NCBI GenBank assembly: GCA_964016885.1
Contig: OZ024741.1
Coordinates: 278,008,001 to 278,072,000 of the forward strand
Length of the DNA stretch: 64,000 nucleotides
Reading direction: 5' to 3'
DNA from: Eledone cirrhosa
Taxonomy: Eukaryota
The notes under the pieces were generated by a model. The model was not told where the DNA came from. It searched no databases and saw nothing but the letters and a program-made list of their open reading frames with translations. This document shows positions 12,471 to 26,450 of this stretch, piece by piece; position 1 is the first letter of the stretch; each line of letters begins with the position of its first letter. The position numbers and the translations under genes are program-made.

Positions 12471-12496
12471 TATATATATATACACACACACACACA

Positions 12497-12700
12497 AGAG
12501 GGTGCTGAAAAGATCCTGGCTTGATCACTGCTACAGAGGCCTGGTTGAAGGTCCAACGTTCCAAGTTTTTTTTATAGGGCTTAGAAAACCTGAAGACAGG
12601 TGCAATAAGCGTTTAAATCTGAGAGAATAAAATCATAATTAACTGATCCTTCTGTATTTACTTTTACCGAAAGCCAGGAACTTTTCAGCACCCACCTCAT
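12497..12700. mobile_element. mariner-derived MITE (second partial terminus at 12755-12830)
   Basis: TIRs gggtgctgaaaag-tcctggctt / aagccaggaacttttcagcaccc. The interior resembles a mariner transposase C-terminus (GLE...DRCNK..NLR). Confidence 0.7.
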
Positions 12701-12701
12701 A

Positions 12702-12732
<31 letters not shown>

Positions 12733-13739
12733 GCACACACACACACATATATATGGGCGGGGGTGCTGAAAAGTTCCTGGCTTTGGGTAAAAGAAAATAC
12801 AGAAGGATCAGTTAATTATGATTTGATTCACCATATATATATATATACATACACATTCATATATAAATTTTTATATATACATATCAAAACAATGGATGGC
12901 TTAAGGACTATGTAGAAAGATTAAGCTTTAAGAGTAAATTTAGCTTGATGCAAAAGCTTCTGCAGCACATATTAACAATAATATAGTTAAATAAATATTA
13001 AATTTCAATCTTAAGTCTTCCATTGTTTACATTCTAACATTCTAGGTGTAAAATATGAACTGTAAATTAATGGAAACAAGTGGCAGGATTCCCCTTGAAG
13101 GAGTGGTAATACCACTTTCCAGCATACACCAAAGGTGTGGTTCAATTCACACAAGCGATTTTTGTGTAATTTTCCTTCCATCTGAAGGGGTTATATCACT
13201 GATTTTATTTATTTATATTATAGTTAATGTGTTGAAGAGGCCTTGGGTTCAAGCAAAACATATTCTTAAATATATACATATAACCCTGCTATCAATACAT
13301 AGGGTTATATCTCCCCTCCCTCTCTTTATATATATTATGTGACCAGGATTGTATATTGAATTATATAAAACATGTTCATATAAATAAACATTTTTTGTAG
13401 TCTCACTATGAGTTTTAAAAGCAGTTATTATACCACCACTATTCTTAGCAAACAAGGGAGAGCAGTCTGACTGTACCGTTGCTGGTTCAATTAACTGTTG
13501 CCTGAGGGGCTTACTCCTCTTCGATGCTGAGATAAAACTATAAGCTAACTTATAGTTTTTTATCCTTATGAACATTGGTTATGCTTGTACAGGTGGGTGG
13601 GTGTTCATAGTTACCACCATCATGAGGTTGAGTTCCTTCATTCTATTTTCAATGGTTTCCCACTTCAACCACTTCCCACATTTTTATATAGTTCTCATTC
13701 TCCATATGCATCACATCTGTACCAGCTGAGCTGTCTCTC

Positions 13740-13930
13740 TTGGCATCTGTAGTGCCTTTCCCTAGCACAAATCCAAACTGCATCTTATCAATTGTGTTAT
13801 CACTCTTCTGCGACCTTCATGACCTGGTTCAATAATTTGATACCTCAGTAATTGCTTTTCTCTTGTGCATCAACTTTGCCATTGAAGCAGTTGACAGCAA
13901 TCATTGCAGCCAATGCCAGAACTCAGGCAA
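13740..13930 (-). mobile_element. Old RTE RT fragment
   Basis: Minus strand encodes IKLLNQVMKV and MQFGFVLGKGTTDA, homologous to the young RTE ORF. Confidence 0.75.
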
Positions 13931-14469
13931 GAAGGGGAAAAAAAAAAAAAAAAAAAAAAGCTTCTTTGCCCACTTATTCCTGGGAGGGTCACAGGGGCAG
14001 AGTCTTCAAACACTCCTTCCAGCAGGTCCTGTCAGAAGCAGCCATCTCTAATTGATACGGCTGATAAAATATTCGTAATTGTAGACTTCCGTATAAAACC
14101 TATTATATATTTAGTTGCTATGGAAATTAATCATATTAATTAATCAAAAAATATTTTATAATTTGCTATTATTAACTTTTAACATATCAATTTTATTACA
14201 ACTAATTTAAGTGATTATATTCATGTACACAACAAAGATGAATTTGAAGTGTATTCTTTCACGAAATATTGAAATACTGAGTGAAAGTAATTCAATTTTC
14301 CAGACAATATCGACATTAATATTTCTGGTGTCACTAGATGTGAAAAAAATAATGAAATAAGAAATTCTGTAAATAAATGAAATGATCAATGGTGTGCTGT
14401 AAATGTCACAGACTTTACAAAAATTAGACAGAAATATATTTTTAAATATACTTTCCTTTAGTCTTGCAG

Positions 14470-14950
14470 AGATAAGGTAACCTTTCTAGTACTGGTGCCA
14501 TAATAAAATGTACCCAGTACATCTTGCAGTGATTGACAAAGATGGGTAGAAAGGACATTAGTCTTACTGAAGGCATGACAACTTTTCTGGAGATGGTGAC
14601 ATGATAAAATGCACCCAGTATATCATGCAGTGATTGACAATGTTGGGTAGAAAGGACTGTGTTACCAAGGGTATGATCTCTCTAGAGATGGGGCTCAGAT
14701 AAAATGCACCAAATACATCCTACAAATGGGAATGGAGACCATGTAGAGTAGAAAAGACTCATTAGACCTATTGAGGGCATGACAACCCCTTTAGTGTTGG
14801 CACCATGATAAAATGCACCTAGTACACTATGAGTCATAGTCCTCTGGTCTGTCTAAGGAGCACAGTAACTCCAAACAGAAATTGGCTTGGACCATGATAT
14901 CCCATCCAACCTACACCAGCATGGGAAGCAGATGTAAAATGATAATGACT
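14470..14950 (+). repeat. ~100-bp diverged tandem repeat (4 copies) within an RTE-tailed element
   Basis: The motif ataaaatg(c/t)acc recurs at ~14502, 14604, 14699 and 14808. The region ends with the RTE-like tail ccagcatgggaagcagatgtaaaatgat. Confidence 0.6.
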
Positions 14951-15381
14951 TTACCTATAGTGTTGTTCCCATTGCCCAAATAATAGTTTGATTTAGGCAC
15001 AAGGCCAACAATTTTGGGGGGAGGGGAAGTCGATTAAATTATCCTCAGCTCATTACTGGTACTTTATTTTATCGACTGTAAAGATCAAAGGCAAGGCTAA
15101 CCTTGGCATGATTTGAACTGACTTTGCCTACAGTATTTTGTTCCCATCAACCAAGTGATATGGAAAATATAACTTGTAAAACTTGCTCAAAACAAAGCAA
15201 CATAAGCCCCGGTTGTAACCCTTGATGGTAAACTTAAGTAGAGATGTTTAATTATATCATAGGGATAGTTTCATATCTCAATATTGGTGGGAAATAGGTT
15301 ATTTTTTGTCTTTAATATTTTTATTCCTTGGTTGTCATATGTATTCATTATTATATTGTTTTTCATTACTTATTTGTTTTA

Positions 15382-15574
15382 TTAACCCCTTAGCATTTAA
15401 ACCGGCTGTATCCAGCCAGAATTCTCTCACCTCTTTCTGTTCAAACTGATGTTAAGATATTGTTCTCAAAATAAATAATATCAAAATCTCATAGATTCGA
15501 CATTATATGAGATAAAGCTTTTACTGTGAAAATACAATAGTATATATAGAGTAATGTAAATGCTAAAGGGTTAA
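15382..15574. mobile_element. piggyBac-like MITE with TTAA on both sides
   Basis: TTAA-CCCCTTAGCATTTA ... TAAATGCTAAAGGG-TTAA: 14-bp TIRs with one mismatch and a TTAA target duplication. Confidence 0.85.
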
Positions 15575-16659
15575 ACATTTCATATTGTTCACTACTTCAA
15601 TGCAGGGTTTTTAACTATGAAGAATAGTTGAATATACAAGCCCCTAGAGACTGAAAAAAGGGGACAGCATTGCCTGTATGAGTTTGTAGCCTACATGTAA
15701 CACTGTCCACTTTCTGACACTAGAGGCTGGTATGCCCAACTTGTTTAACTATTTTTCATAATTAAAAACCTGTGTTGACGCAGTTAACTTTAAGCTAATA
15801 CACATTTGAAATTCAGAATTTGCTCAACCCTCTACTAAGGGCTGTGTCCTTCAGCAGCTTGCGAGTGTGGCTCGCCAGAGCAAGGCAGACTGCAGAACAC
15901 GAGTGCCTGAATATCCACCCACCTGAGGTGGTTGCAACACCGGAGGGTGTCATGTGATTGCTGTCTCACATGGAAGAAAAAAAAAGAAGATTCAAAATTG
16001 TTTATCCTTGAATACCATTGATTGTTTTACATTGTAATTAAATTACACAGCAAACAAAATTATTTTGACAGCTTGAAACATTTATTCTGTATGTATTATA
16101 GAAAAGTTTAGAGATCTTTTAGATACAATTGAAGCATTAAGAAGAGTTTATTGGCAAATATCTTTAAAATCTATTTCAAGCACAAGAGTTGGGTGTTTAG
16201 ACAGCTTATTCTGTCATAGAAGCTGATGGGGTTTCAAGGGGAGATAAGTCATGATGATTAAAGAGTTGAGCTTATCAACAAATGATGAGTCTAAAGATAT
16301 AGAAATAGTTTGAAATATTTTTGGAAGCAGATACAAGACATGGATGGGATAACTCAGCTAGGGCAAAGTTTTAAGTTTGAAAAAAAAAAAAAAAAAAAAA
16401 AAGCCATTAAAAATGTGCTATCCATACATCTACATACTAAAACAAATGGACCAACTCCTGATGTAATTGTAAGGGTGCTATAGTGACATAATGTCTTGGA
16501 CATTTTAAAACCTGGCAGTGCCCATCTCTTCGCCAGGTCTGAATAGAGTCAATCTCTTACAGAGAAAGAAAGAGAGGATGTGAGAGAAATATAGAGGAAT
16601 AATTGGTTCTAGTACTGGACTGGCACTTTTTTTACAAATACTATCTTAACATTGATGTC

Positions 16660-17535
16660 TAATTTAGGCACAAGGCCAGCTAATTTGGGAGAAGAGCAAA
16701 GTTAATTAAATTACATGATTGGTACTTTTTTTTATCTCAAAAGGATAAAAGCTTTGGCAGGATTTGAACCCAGAGAGCAGAGTCAGAACGAATACCATAA
16801 AGCATTCCGACAGATACTGAATATAAAGAAGAGTAAAAACAAAAGCTACAAGCAGATGCTCAACATTTTATAAGTAGACATGAAAGCCAATGAATATATC
16901 CAGTAGTTAGCCACAAGAAGGGCATCTGAAACTAACTGAAACGCTATAAACTTGTGAGAGAAGATACTAAGTTAAACATTCTGAGAGGTCCAGAGATAGA
17001 AGACATAGAGGTCAAGTATAGACTTGGCTTGAAAACCTTAAACACAACAAACATACTATCTTTTCCTCTCTAGACCAAGTACACTTCACAGAGAATCAAC
17101 AAATATAATAATTCTTTTTACTATAGGCACAAGGCCAGAAATTGTTTTTGGGGAATGGAAAAGTTGATTTTATTGATACCCCAGTGTGTTACTGGTACTT
17201 TATTTTATTGACCCTAGAAGCATGAAAGGCAAAAGTAACTCAGCGGGATTTGAACTCAGAATGTAAAGAGCTGTAACTATATGCTGCAAAGCATGTTGCC
17301 AGGCACTCTACCAATAGAGAATCAAAAAATATAATTCTTTCTGGCACAAGGCCAGAAATTTCAGGGGGAAGGGGAAAGTTGATTTTATCAACCTCAGTAC
17401 TTAACTAGTACTTTATTTTATCAACCCCTGAAAAGATGGAGGGTAAAGTTGGCCTCAACAGGATTTGAACTAGGAATGTAGAAAGTTGTAACTAAATACC
17501 AAAGTATTTTGTTTGATGCTCTTCCGATACTGCCA
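16660..17535 (-). mobile_element. Three Deu/Nin-like SINE copies (16660-16815, 17120-17310, 17340-17535)
   Basis: Each has ggcacaaggccag...gtacttt...ggatttgaac. Further copies lie at ~14985-15120, 19700-19940, 22045-22200 and 25610-25820. Confidence 0.7.
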
Positions 17536-20500
17536 TCAACAAATATAATAGAAAGGTTTGGTTGTTCATCTGGTAGAGCATCCTGATCACATTGTTGATC
17601 TCTATCAAATATTAGATTTCTTTGAGAGATTTGTTTACATTTTTGTTATTTAACTCTTAACATCCTGCAATCATTTAGCAGAAAAGATCTAAATGCAGGT
17701 TTGTTAATTCAAATGTTTATAGTGTCTTTACTAGTGGCCAGATTGCTGTGAAAATTGGTAGAAAACTAAAGTAAAAGCTTTGACGTTTAATGTTATGCAG
17801 TCATGGAGTTGTTTTGTATTTTTTAAGACTATCTTGCTAATGTGGTTTTGAATAGTTTGTTAATTCAAATGTTTATAGTATTTTTACTACTGGATAGATC
17901 ATGGTGAAAATGGTCAGTAAACAAGTCAAGACCTAAATATCTAATATGATGAAGTCATAATGCAGTTTTGTAGTTTTCAAGAATGTCTTGCAGACAGTTT
18001 CATGTGGAACAGGCCTATGATCCTTCTCTTAGGCAATGTATGTCTAAGACCACATTATCCTTTTTTTAACACTGGAGGATGTGAATTGAGGAGGATTTAG
18101 CTGCTATTTTAGCGAATAAAATCATCCCTTTGATTGTTTTTTTTTTTATTTATCATCATGTAGCATTTTGAATAGATACAAGAATATAAAGATTAGGAAT
18201 ACAAGTGAAATATTTGCAGTAATGGTTATGTTGAAAACTTAGGTCAGAGAGAACTTAACTTATATTGAAAGCAGCTCTATGAAGTGAAGTGGCTGATGTA
18301 GTGGGTGTTACTGGCTGTTCTCTGCAGCAATGTGTTCAACATTTTGTCTGTGGTGTGCAGCTGAGATATACCACCTTGACCTGGATGTGGAGTTTGCCAA
18401 TCCCTCACTCCTTTCTCTTAATTTCACTATTCAATTTTTTCAAAATTTCTATTTATTGCAAACATTCTTCATCATCATCTGGTTTAACATCTTTACTTGT
18501 CACAAGCATTAGACATTTTGGTAGCCTCTTTCAAAGCATCTCTTCAGTGTTCATTCCAGAGATAGATAACCTCTTCCCAGGTCTTATATGGGCACCCGTT
18601 TCCCAGTGTACAAAGAGCCACATTATATAATTTAGTTGAAATTTGTTGAATAAATCTTATTCTCTTTATTTATAGAAGTTTACTAGAAGCCTAGTTTTAT
18701 AGAGAGAGGGGATAAAATCGATAAAATCAACACCAGTACTGACACCGTAAAAAAACAAAAAAACTGCCAGAGAATAAGGTACAAATAATGAGCATTTCCC
18801 AGTGTTGTAAGTTTTTAGATCTTTCTGAGCCTTGAGGTACACAAAGCAGTAACAGGCTTCTGACAGTATGGTCAATCTGTTGCAGTTCTCCCCACACCTG
18901 CCCAACTAATTCCAGTGTGTCTGAGGTCCTCCTGGAATGTTTAGTGCCAGGCCTTCCTTAGGCCAGCAGATTCAAAATGTGACCCACCAAACAAAACTGA
19001 TGCACCACCACAGCATTTTGCGGTAGCTGGGACATGCTTTGCAAATTAATTCCTTTACTTGTGACTGTCATTCCAGGCGATTCCGATGATGTTCCATTGA
19101 CAACATTGGTGGGAAGTGTCCAGCCATATTGGCTGTAATTTTCCCATCTTTCACTGTCATACAGAAATATGCAGCCAGGAAGAAACCTTATACTGGGTTT
19201 GTCAAAGGTCTCACCTGTTCCAGTAGCTCATTCCATCATTTTGTTACCATAGTTTTAATGAAATACTTTTTATTTTAATTAATTAATGAAGAATTTGGAA
19301 AGTATTTACTAAAATTATAATTTAATTAAGACTATAATTGTGACATAAAATGTTCTCATAAAATTATGTAGGAAGGTTGTAATTTACGTAGGAACCTTTT
19401 AAAATGGATGGTTTTGTTTGATAGAAGCAGAGTTGGTTTTGGCCAGGTTGGAACAAAAGGCTTCACAAAACTGACCAGGACAGCATTTAACCCTACAGTG
19501 GACACTAAAAGCACAACTCTGAGGCAACCTCACTATGCTGTTCTATAAGAAGCAGATGAGTAGATCTGACCGGGATATTTTCGCTTTATTATTTGAACAA
19601 GCAACTAAACTGAAGTAGGTAAAGAAAAAAAACAACAACAAAAAACAAAAGATTTTAACAAGGAAATGACATTTCCATTGATGATACTGTCTGTCAGGAG
19701 GCAGGATTTGAACTCAGAATGTATAGAACTCATAAAGATACTGTGAAGTGTCTCACCTGACTAACAATTCTGTCAATCCACCACCTCTGGACAGGTACTT
19801 TATTTATTGACTCCCCCATCCCCACTCAAAAGGATGAAAGGTAAAGTTGACCACAGTAGGATTTGAACTCAGAATACAGAGAGCTGGAACAAATATCGAG
19901 GAATTTAATCCTTCACTCTAACAACTCCGCCAATTCAGAAAACTGAAGGTTAATGATAAATGGGGATGTTTTGAAAATACGTAAATAAATTAAAGCTCAC
20001 ACTTTTGTAGGTTTAGCTGGCCTCTCTTATGAGGTTGCATCTCACAGGAAGTTTCTAGTGTGTTTTAATAATAGGGAGCCTAATGTTGTTGTTACTGCTC
20101 ATACTTATGTAGGTTTAGCTGGCCTTCTATGAAGTTGAATCTCATAGTAGGTTTCTCAGATGTTTTAATAATAGGGACCCTAGTGTTATTATTACAGTCC
20201 ACCTCTGCAGGTTTAGCTGGCCTCCTATGAAGTTGCATGTCACAAGAGGTTTTAATGATAGAGATCTCAGTTCTATCATGAAAAGTGATGTGAAATGAAG
20301 TGTCTTGTTCAAAAACACAACACACCAGCTAGTCTGGGAATTAAACCCCTGGCAATATGATTGTGAGTCAAACACTTTAACCACTAGGCTATGTGCCTTC
20401 ACTGAAAAACCAGACTTGAGTGTCTATGAATTAACTTTCAACTCTAATTCCATAACCCTCCTTGCACCCCCACCCCACAAAAAACAACAACAAAAATAAA

Positions 20501-20715
20501 CTAAAATAAAGACAGAACTAAATAATTAAAAAAAAGTAGTTGTATTTTGATTTTTTTTTTTTCTGAGAGTATCTTGAAAATATTTTTTTTACATTTTAAG
20601 AAAATATTAAATGGAGAAAGAAAAGAAAAAAAAATGTTAATTTGTGAGATTAAAATAGACATTTAACAAAAATAATATAATTTTAACGGCAAACTTACAC
20701 AAGGTGAATATTATT

Positions 20716-20927
20716 TAACTCTTCACATCCTGTAATGATTTAGCAGAAAATATCTAAATATAGCTTTGTTAATTTAAATGTTTGTAATATCTTTATTGAT
20801 GAAGAGACTTGTGAAAATTTGCAAAATTAAAGTAAAGATTTTAAATTTTAATGTGTTGCACTGTTTTGTACCAGTCAAGAATGTTTTACTATTGTGGTTT
20901 CATGTGGTACAGGACATTAAGGGTTGA
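20716..20927. mobile_element. Second TTAA-type MITE family (related, internally duplicated copy at 17650-18015)
   Basis: Both copies start ttaactctt-acatcctg-aat-atttagcagaaaa and share tttcatgtgg-acagg. This copy ends aagggttga. Confidence 0.55.
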
Positions 20928-21619
20928 AATATTAAAATAGTAATACTAAAAATCATGTTACTGTGTGTGTGTGTGTGTACATATACATGCAGGTTTAACT
21001 GTGACACACTCCAAGCAATAATATCTATTAATTCCACATGCTAGCATGGAAGATGAACATTAAATGAACATCAACCAGGCCATTATTTTAACTTACGTAA
21101 TGCCTTCTAGAATAAAATAGGTTTTATTTTCTTTAAACTATTTTGTCATCATATTACTTAATGGAAGACACTGCTGAGATCTTGAAATGATTTTCAAAAT
21201 AATCAAGCATTCGGAGGGATTTAGTAATATAACAAACTTTCTCATAATAATGAAAAAGTTGGTGTTTGGAACAGAACAGAACAAAACGTTCTTAGACAAA
21301 TTTATGATGGAAGGTTTTTAGATAAATATAAATACACTCAACACAACAATTCTATCTAATACCAAAGAATTAATCAATTTTGGTATACCATAGTGTGTGT
21401 TTGTGTGTGAGGGGTTAAAATTGTTCGATGGAGTTAACTGAAGTTATAAAATGAAATCATAAAATTGAGGTCATGACAAAAAAAAAAAAATTAAAAATGT
21501 TTACTAAAAGTCAAAGTGTAGTAAAACTATTATTCTTTTTTTAGTAATAAGTCTTTACTTAGAAATAAAAAAAAAAGTATAAAAATGTCATTTGATCAAT
21601 CCATTTGTCTCAAACCAAT

Positions 21620-21723
21620 TTAATCAGAGAAACAATGTGAGTCAGATAATTCAGATTCGTCGTCATTGCGCGTATGAATTATACGTATACCTTCTTTCAA
21701 TATTGGAGTACCCTTTCCTTTAC
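21620..21723 (-). CDS. C20orf27: C20orf27/ADISSP homolog, last coding exon
   Basis: cAG acceptor; encodes (G)KGKGTPILKEGIRIIHTRNDDESELSDSHCFSD*, matching the family C-terminus (GTPMLLDGVKC...SEHSDWHGFD). Confidence 0.9.
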
Positions 21724-21859
21724 CTGCCAGTATGAAAAAATAAACAAAAGAGATAAAGAAAAATTATGAGGTGAAGAATATATCGGAAAAAACAAACAAA
21801 CAACAAAAAAATAAAACAAATGTGAATTACAGAATAACAAGCAATTATGATATATGTTA

Positions 21860-22050
21860 TAATATGGTATGGTCCCATAGCTCTTGATTGAGTCATAGGA
21901 GCACCATATTAACATACAGCACTTTTAGAGCATTTTTAAAACTGGCAGAGCCCATCTCTTTTCCAGGTTTAAATATAGCAGATTTCTTCCAGAGAAGGAT
22001 AGAGAATGAGAGAATGGAAGTGAGAGAGAGATACAGAGGAAGAATTGACC
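21860..22050. repeat. Unclassified dispersed repeat (other copies at 16480-16605 and 59295-59495)
   Basis: Shared gcag-gcccat...ccaggt...ag(a/g)gaaggatagagaatgagagaatggaagtgag...agaggaagaattgac. Confidence 0.7.
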
Positions 22051-22354
22051 CCAGTACTTGACTGGTACTTTTTTTTATCAACCTCAAAAGCATGAAAAGC
22101 AAAGCTGATCTAGGTGGAAATTGAACTTAGAGAGACGAGAGCTGAAACAAATACTACAAAGTATTCTATCTGATGTTCTCACTCCACCAATTCACTGCCT
22201 ATTATAATTATAGAACAGCAGAATAAACTCTTCGTTGGATCATTTGTTTTATGATTTACCATATAAAATTATAGCTGTCCAGTTAAGGTGTTCACTTTAT
22301 GATGATGTGGTTCTGGGTTCAGTCCTACTGTGTGGCACCTTGGGCATATGCGCT

Positions 22355-22540
22355 TGTGTCTGTAGTTAAGGTGTTAGACAGGTGTGGCTGTGGTTAAGGA
22401 GTTAGACAGGTGTGTCTGTGGTTAAGGAGTTAGACAGGCGTGTCTGTGGTTAAGGAGTTAGACAGGCGTGTCTGTGGTTAAGGAGTTAGACACAGGTATG
22501 TATGTAATTAGTTAGACACAGGTGAGTGTGGTTAATGAGT
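22355..22540 (+). repeat. 28-bp minisatellite (gtgtctgtggttaaggagttagacaggc), ~6 copies
   Basis: Direct tandem repetition is visible, adjacent to a SINE head fragment. Confidence 0.85.
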
Positions 22541-23069
22541 ACTTTCCTCAATCCATAAACTAGACCCTTTTTCTAGAATAGCACAAAACAGCAAAAAGCA
22601 TTTGGAGCTCATCTTTGCTAAAGCAAAGATTAGTCTTATGATCCTATGACAAGCTTCTTCACTTTTCCTTTTCATCTGCAATACCCCACAACAAACCCCT
22701 CCTGGTTTTAATTTTCTTCTCTATCGTTTTTAGCTGTCTTCCTTCCTTCTATATTCATTTCCATCACTTCTCTCACTTTTCCTCAACACATCTCATTCTA
22801 TTTCTCTTCATGACACTCATCACTGGTTCTATTACTACCATCCAATCACTTTCACCCTTCCTCAACACAAAACCTAACCATCTCATTCCTTTTTTTCTCA
22901 TGATATTCTTCACTGGCTCTACTCCCAGCATCCTCTTCAATTCATTCTACAATATCATGCTCAGGAATTTATTAAAACTATTGACCCAAGTACACACCAC
23001 ATACCCTAAAGCTATAAAAATATCCAATGTATAATAAATACACATCTCTTGCAACAGCTGGAAACTCAC

Positions 23070-23192
23070 CTAGAATTCTTGCACATAACTGCAGTATTAA
23101 CTTCTTTTTCGGTTTTGTGTTAGTTGTTACGATAAGGTTTTCAGACACCACCTGTTCTTTATGACAGCAAAATTCAATAATTACATCATGAC
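23070..23192 (-). CDS. C20orf27: C20orf27/ADISSP homolog, coding exon 3
   Basis: 123-nt phase 1-1 exon with an aAG acceptor and GTGAGT donor. Encodes (G)HDVIIEFCCHKEQVVSENLIVTTNTKPKKKLILQLCARIL, compare human GYSVKCEYSAHKEGVLKEEI...VQARVM. Confidence 0.9.
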
Positions 23193-24109
23193 CTTTCCCA
23201 GCAAAGAAAAAAAAAAGAAAGAAAAGAAAGAAAACCAGTTTTTAAATAATCATGAAGATGATGATGACATGAGCAGTGAAATCAGAGTTTTTTTTTTAAA
23301 TGCTCCACACAGTAAAGCGGTCGTGTTGGTGTTACAGCAAAACGCGCCCAAACCATTCTGTAAATGTGGTCATGTAGATGTCATGACAAAAAGCACCCAG
23401 CCCTCACAGTAAATGTGGTTGGCATCCTGGTGTAGAAACCAAGCCAGAAACAGTTCTGTATGAGCAAGACATGGTCATCTGTTCTGACTTGTCTCACAAT
23501 GGGTCAACTCATCTAAGCTATGATAGCATGGAAAAATGGATGTTAAATGATGACATGGTATGATCAGTGAAATGCAGTAGAGTTTTTAAACGTATATACT
23601 GATGATGATGATGAATAAAATGATGATCAGTGAAAACGATTTGAAGAAATGTTATTGTAATACCAGGCATATCGTAACCAGAATTTAAAGAAACATTATC
23701 GCAAAACTAGGGTGTCCAGGTAGCGAGAATACCTTAATGTCTGGCAGTGGCATGGTTGAGGATGGATGGGGATGGTTGGGTTCTCATCTGACTCTCACAG
23801 GGACAGTTTTCAGCCACTTTCTGATAACTGCTTCTGCTGGCAGGCTAAACTCAATAAGGGACTTGATGCTTAGAGCGGAGATGAGCACTGACAAGCATCT
23901 CTAACAACCATTGAAATGCCATGATGGACACACAGCCAAAAGATAAAAGGATTAAAATGAATATATTCATCTAACAACCTTTCTTTATGCTGGATGATTC
24001 ACTAATATGAATTTTCTTTCTTTTTAAGCTAAACCTCTGGATATAAGAGAGTGTAATGTCTAAGGGAGATATATTGTACAAAAACGTTTTGATTTAAATT
24101 ATTCACATA

Positions 24110-24272
24110 TCCACACATATATATATATACTTATACACATATATATATATACTTATACACATATATATATACTTATACACATATATATACATATACTTAT
24201 ACACATATATATACATATACTTATACACATATATATACATATACTTATACACATATATATACATATACTTAT

Positions 24273-24310
<38 letters not shown>
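24110..24310 (+). repeat. 24-bp minisatellite derived from AT/AC microsatellite
   Basis: Repeating acttatacacatatatatacatat. Confidence 0.8.
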
Positions 24311-24311
<1 letters not shown>

Positions 24312-24313
<2 letters not shown>

Positions 24314-24760
24314 CACCTCTCCAAGACAATGTCACTGGACCGAGACCTTTGGCGGTACTCAGTAACAGAGAAGACCCGCCTTACCTAAATACATAGTAAA
24401 ACCTACTACAGCCAGTAGGCATCTCTAACAAAATACACCCCCCCCCCCCCGTTCTATGTAAAGTTATGTTGGTGCCGCGCCATCCAGGCCGAAACAAATG
24501 AGATCGTGTAGGTGTCACGACAAAAAAAAAAAACACACAGTCCACGCTGTAATGTGGCCGTGTAGGCAACACGGTAAAAACCTCCCAGACCCACACTAAA
24601 TGTGGTTGGTGTTGGGAAGGGCATCCAACTGTAGAAAACCTGCCAGACAGTCCTATGCGAGCAAGACAATCACTCTTGCCTCAAGTGGGACTACCCCCGT
24701 CCAAACCCATGCAAGCGTGGAACACGGACGTTAAACGTTGATGATGATGATGATGATGAT
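24312..24760 (+). mobile_element. Young RTE LINE, 5'-truncated 3' end
   Basis: Near-identical to 41277-41750, with a (GAT)n tail running into (TA)n. Confidence 0.93.
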
Positions 24761-24766
24761 ATACAC

Positions 24767-24798
<32 letters not shown>

Positions 24799-25965
24799 AT
24801 ATATACATATACACACATATATATATATATACACATATATATATATATATATATATACTACCCTGATTTGTGGTCTTCCTGGTCTTTGCAATGCAGATAC
24901 TCCATATCATCATCATCGTTTAACATCTATTTTTCCATGCTTGTATAGGTTAGACAGGTTGTCATATTATGAGACAAGTCGGGTCAGGTGACCCACATCA
25001 TGTTCATACGGACCGGTATTTTGGCTTCTACAGCTGGATGCCATTCCTAATATCAACCACATTACAGTGTGAATATATATATATATAATGTTCTTTACAC
25101 ATCCAGATGCAAAACCATCAGTCTGTGTCCATGTGGAATACCACAGACCCCACAGGTCACTTCTCTTCAGCCATAACCATCTAGACGCCTTCCCTCTGTT
25201 ACTTCCATGTTGTTCTCCAATGGCTCTCAACTTGCCTGTGGGTTTACATCAATTTAAATATGTTTGCATAAGGACACATCGTTTATTGTTAAAGCAATTG
25301 CTTTTATAGCTCAATGCATTTTCTACAGTAAGCAGTTTTCCAATTCAGTCAGTCAAACTGGAGCAAGTAGAGTTAGATGTCTGTCAAAATACAAAGGATG
25401 TAGTATGATTCAAACATCAGAATTCCATATCTTAACCCCCAATCTCATAATATAAAATTAATCAAATATGTGGTTGGCATTATGAAAGGTGTCTAGCTGT
25501 AGAAATCAAGCCAGAAACAGTTCTGTATGAGCAAGACATGGTCATTTGATCTGACTTAGCTTAGAGTTGTTCAAAGGTATTTTGTAGAACTGAAAGCTAT
25601 TAATGGTTTCTGATTTAGGAACAAGGTCAATAATTTTGCAGAGAGGAGTAGTTGATTAAATTTACCCCAGTGTGATACTGGTACTTTATTTTATCAACCC
25701 TGTTAGATGAAAGGCAAAGCTAACCTCAGCAGAATTTGAACTCAGAATTTAAAAAGACATAACTATATGCAGCATAGCATGTTGTCCGATGCTCTACTGA
25801 TACTGCCAATCCACTGCCTTGAACCTTCATACTGAAACAATTTTAGTAACTCCTTCCAAATTCTTCATTAAATAATTCAAATACAATATTACTAATTACA
25901 AATTAGAAATACATTAACGAAAGGGTCAATAAAACAAAAAAAAACAACAACAAAGAAGAACCTAC

Positions 25966-26196
25966 CATCTTTACCGCGCTTATGTGAGATTGCCCTTACA
26001 GAATGCTTTTTGCCCTTGGATTCAATCTGTATATCATCACCCAGGTCACTTTTGAAGGAGAACTTTATCTCATATATATGGCCAGCTTGTAAGAAGCCTA
26101 ACTTGACATCCATATGGAATTTGTCTTTATACACCATCAATATTTCAGCTTCATGATGTGATACTTCTTCTTCAGGGAAATGAACATGTCCAGTGT
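25966..26196 (-). CDS. C20orf27: C20orf27/ADISSP homolog, coding exon 2
   Basis: 231-nt phase 1-1 exon, tttgtAG...G|GTAGG. Encodes (D)TGHVHFPEEEVSHHEAEILMVYKDKFHMDVKLGFLQAGHIYEIKF..., compare human HVHFDEK...VKVGFLKILHRYEITF. Confidence 0.92.
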
Positions 26197-26450
26197 CTAC
26201 AAAATAATCATGAATATATACATAAACTGCACATAAACATATTACTCTTTTACTCTTTTACCTGTTTCAGCCATCCGGGGCACCGCCCTTATATATATAT
26301 ATAAGTAAGTATGTTGTGAAACAGTGAGCAAGTTTGAAATTAGAAAATAGAATAGCTTTCACCGTATTTTTTTTACTAAAGAAATTTTAGTATTATGTAT
26401 ATTATTTAGTATTATGTATATATATATATACATATATATATACATATACA

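Noticed and set aside
13055-13575. 95-aa and 108-aa ORFs
   Set aside because: No recognisable motif or convincing splice signals.
6065-25820. tRNA genes suggested by B-box motifs (GTTCAAATCC)
   Set aside because: They are degenerate SINE heads with no complete cloverleaf.
25892-25965. ORF-track extension RFFFVVVFF... of the C20orf27 exon
   Set aside because: This is read-through into the intron past the G|GTAGG donor. Homology resumes at 23192.
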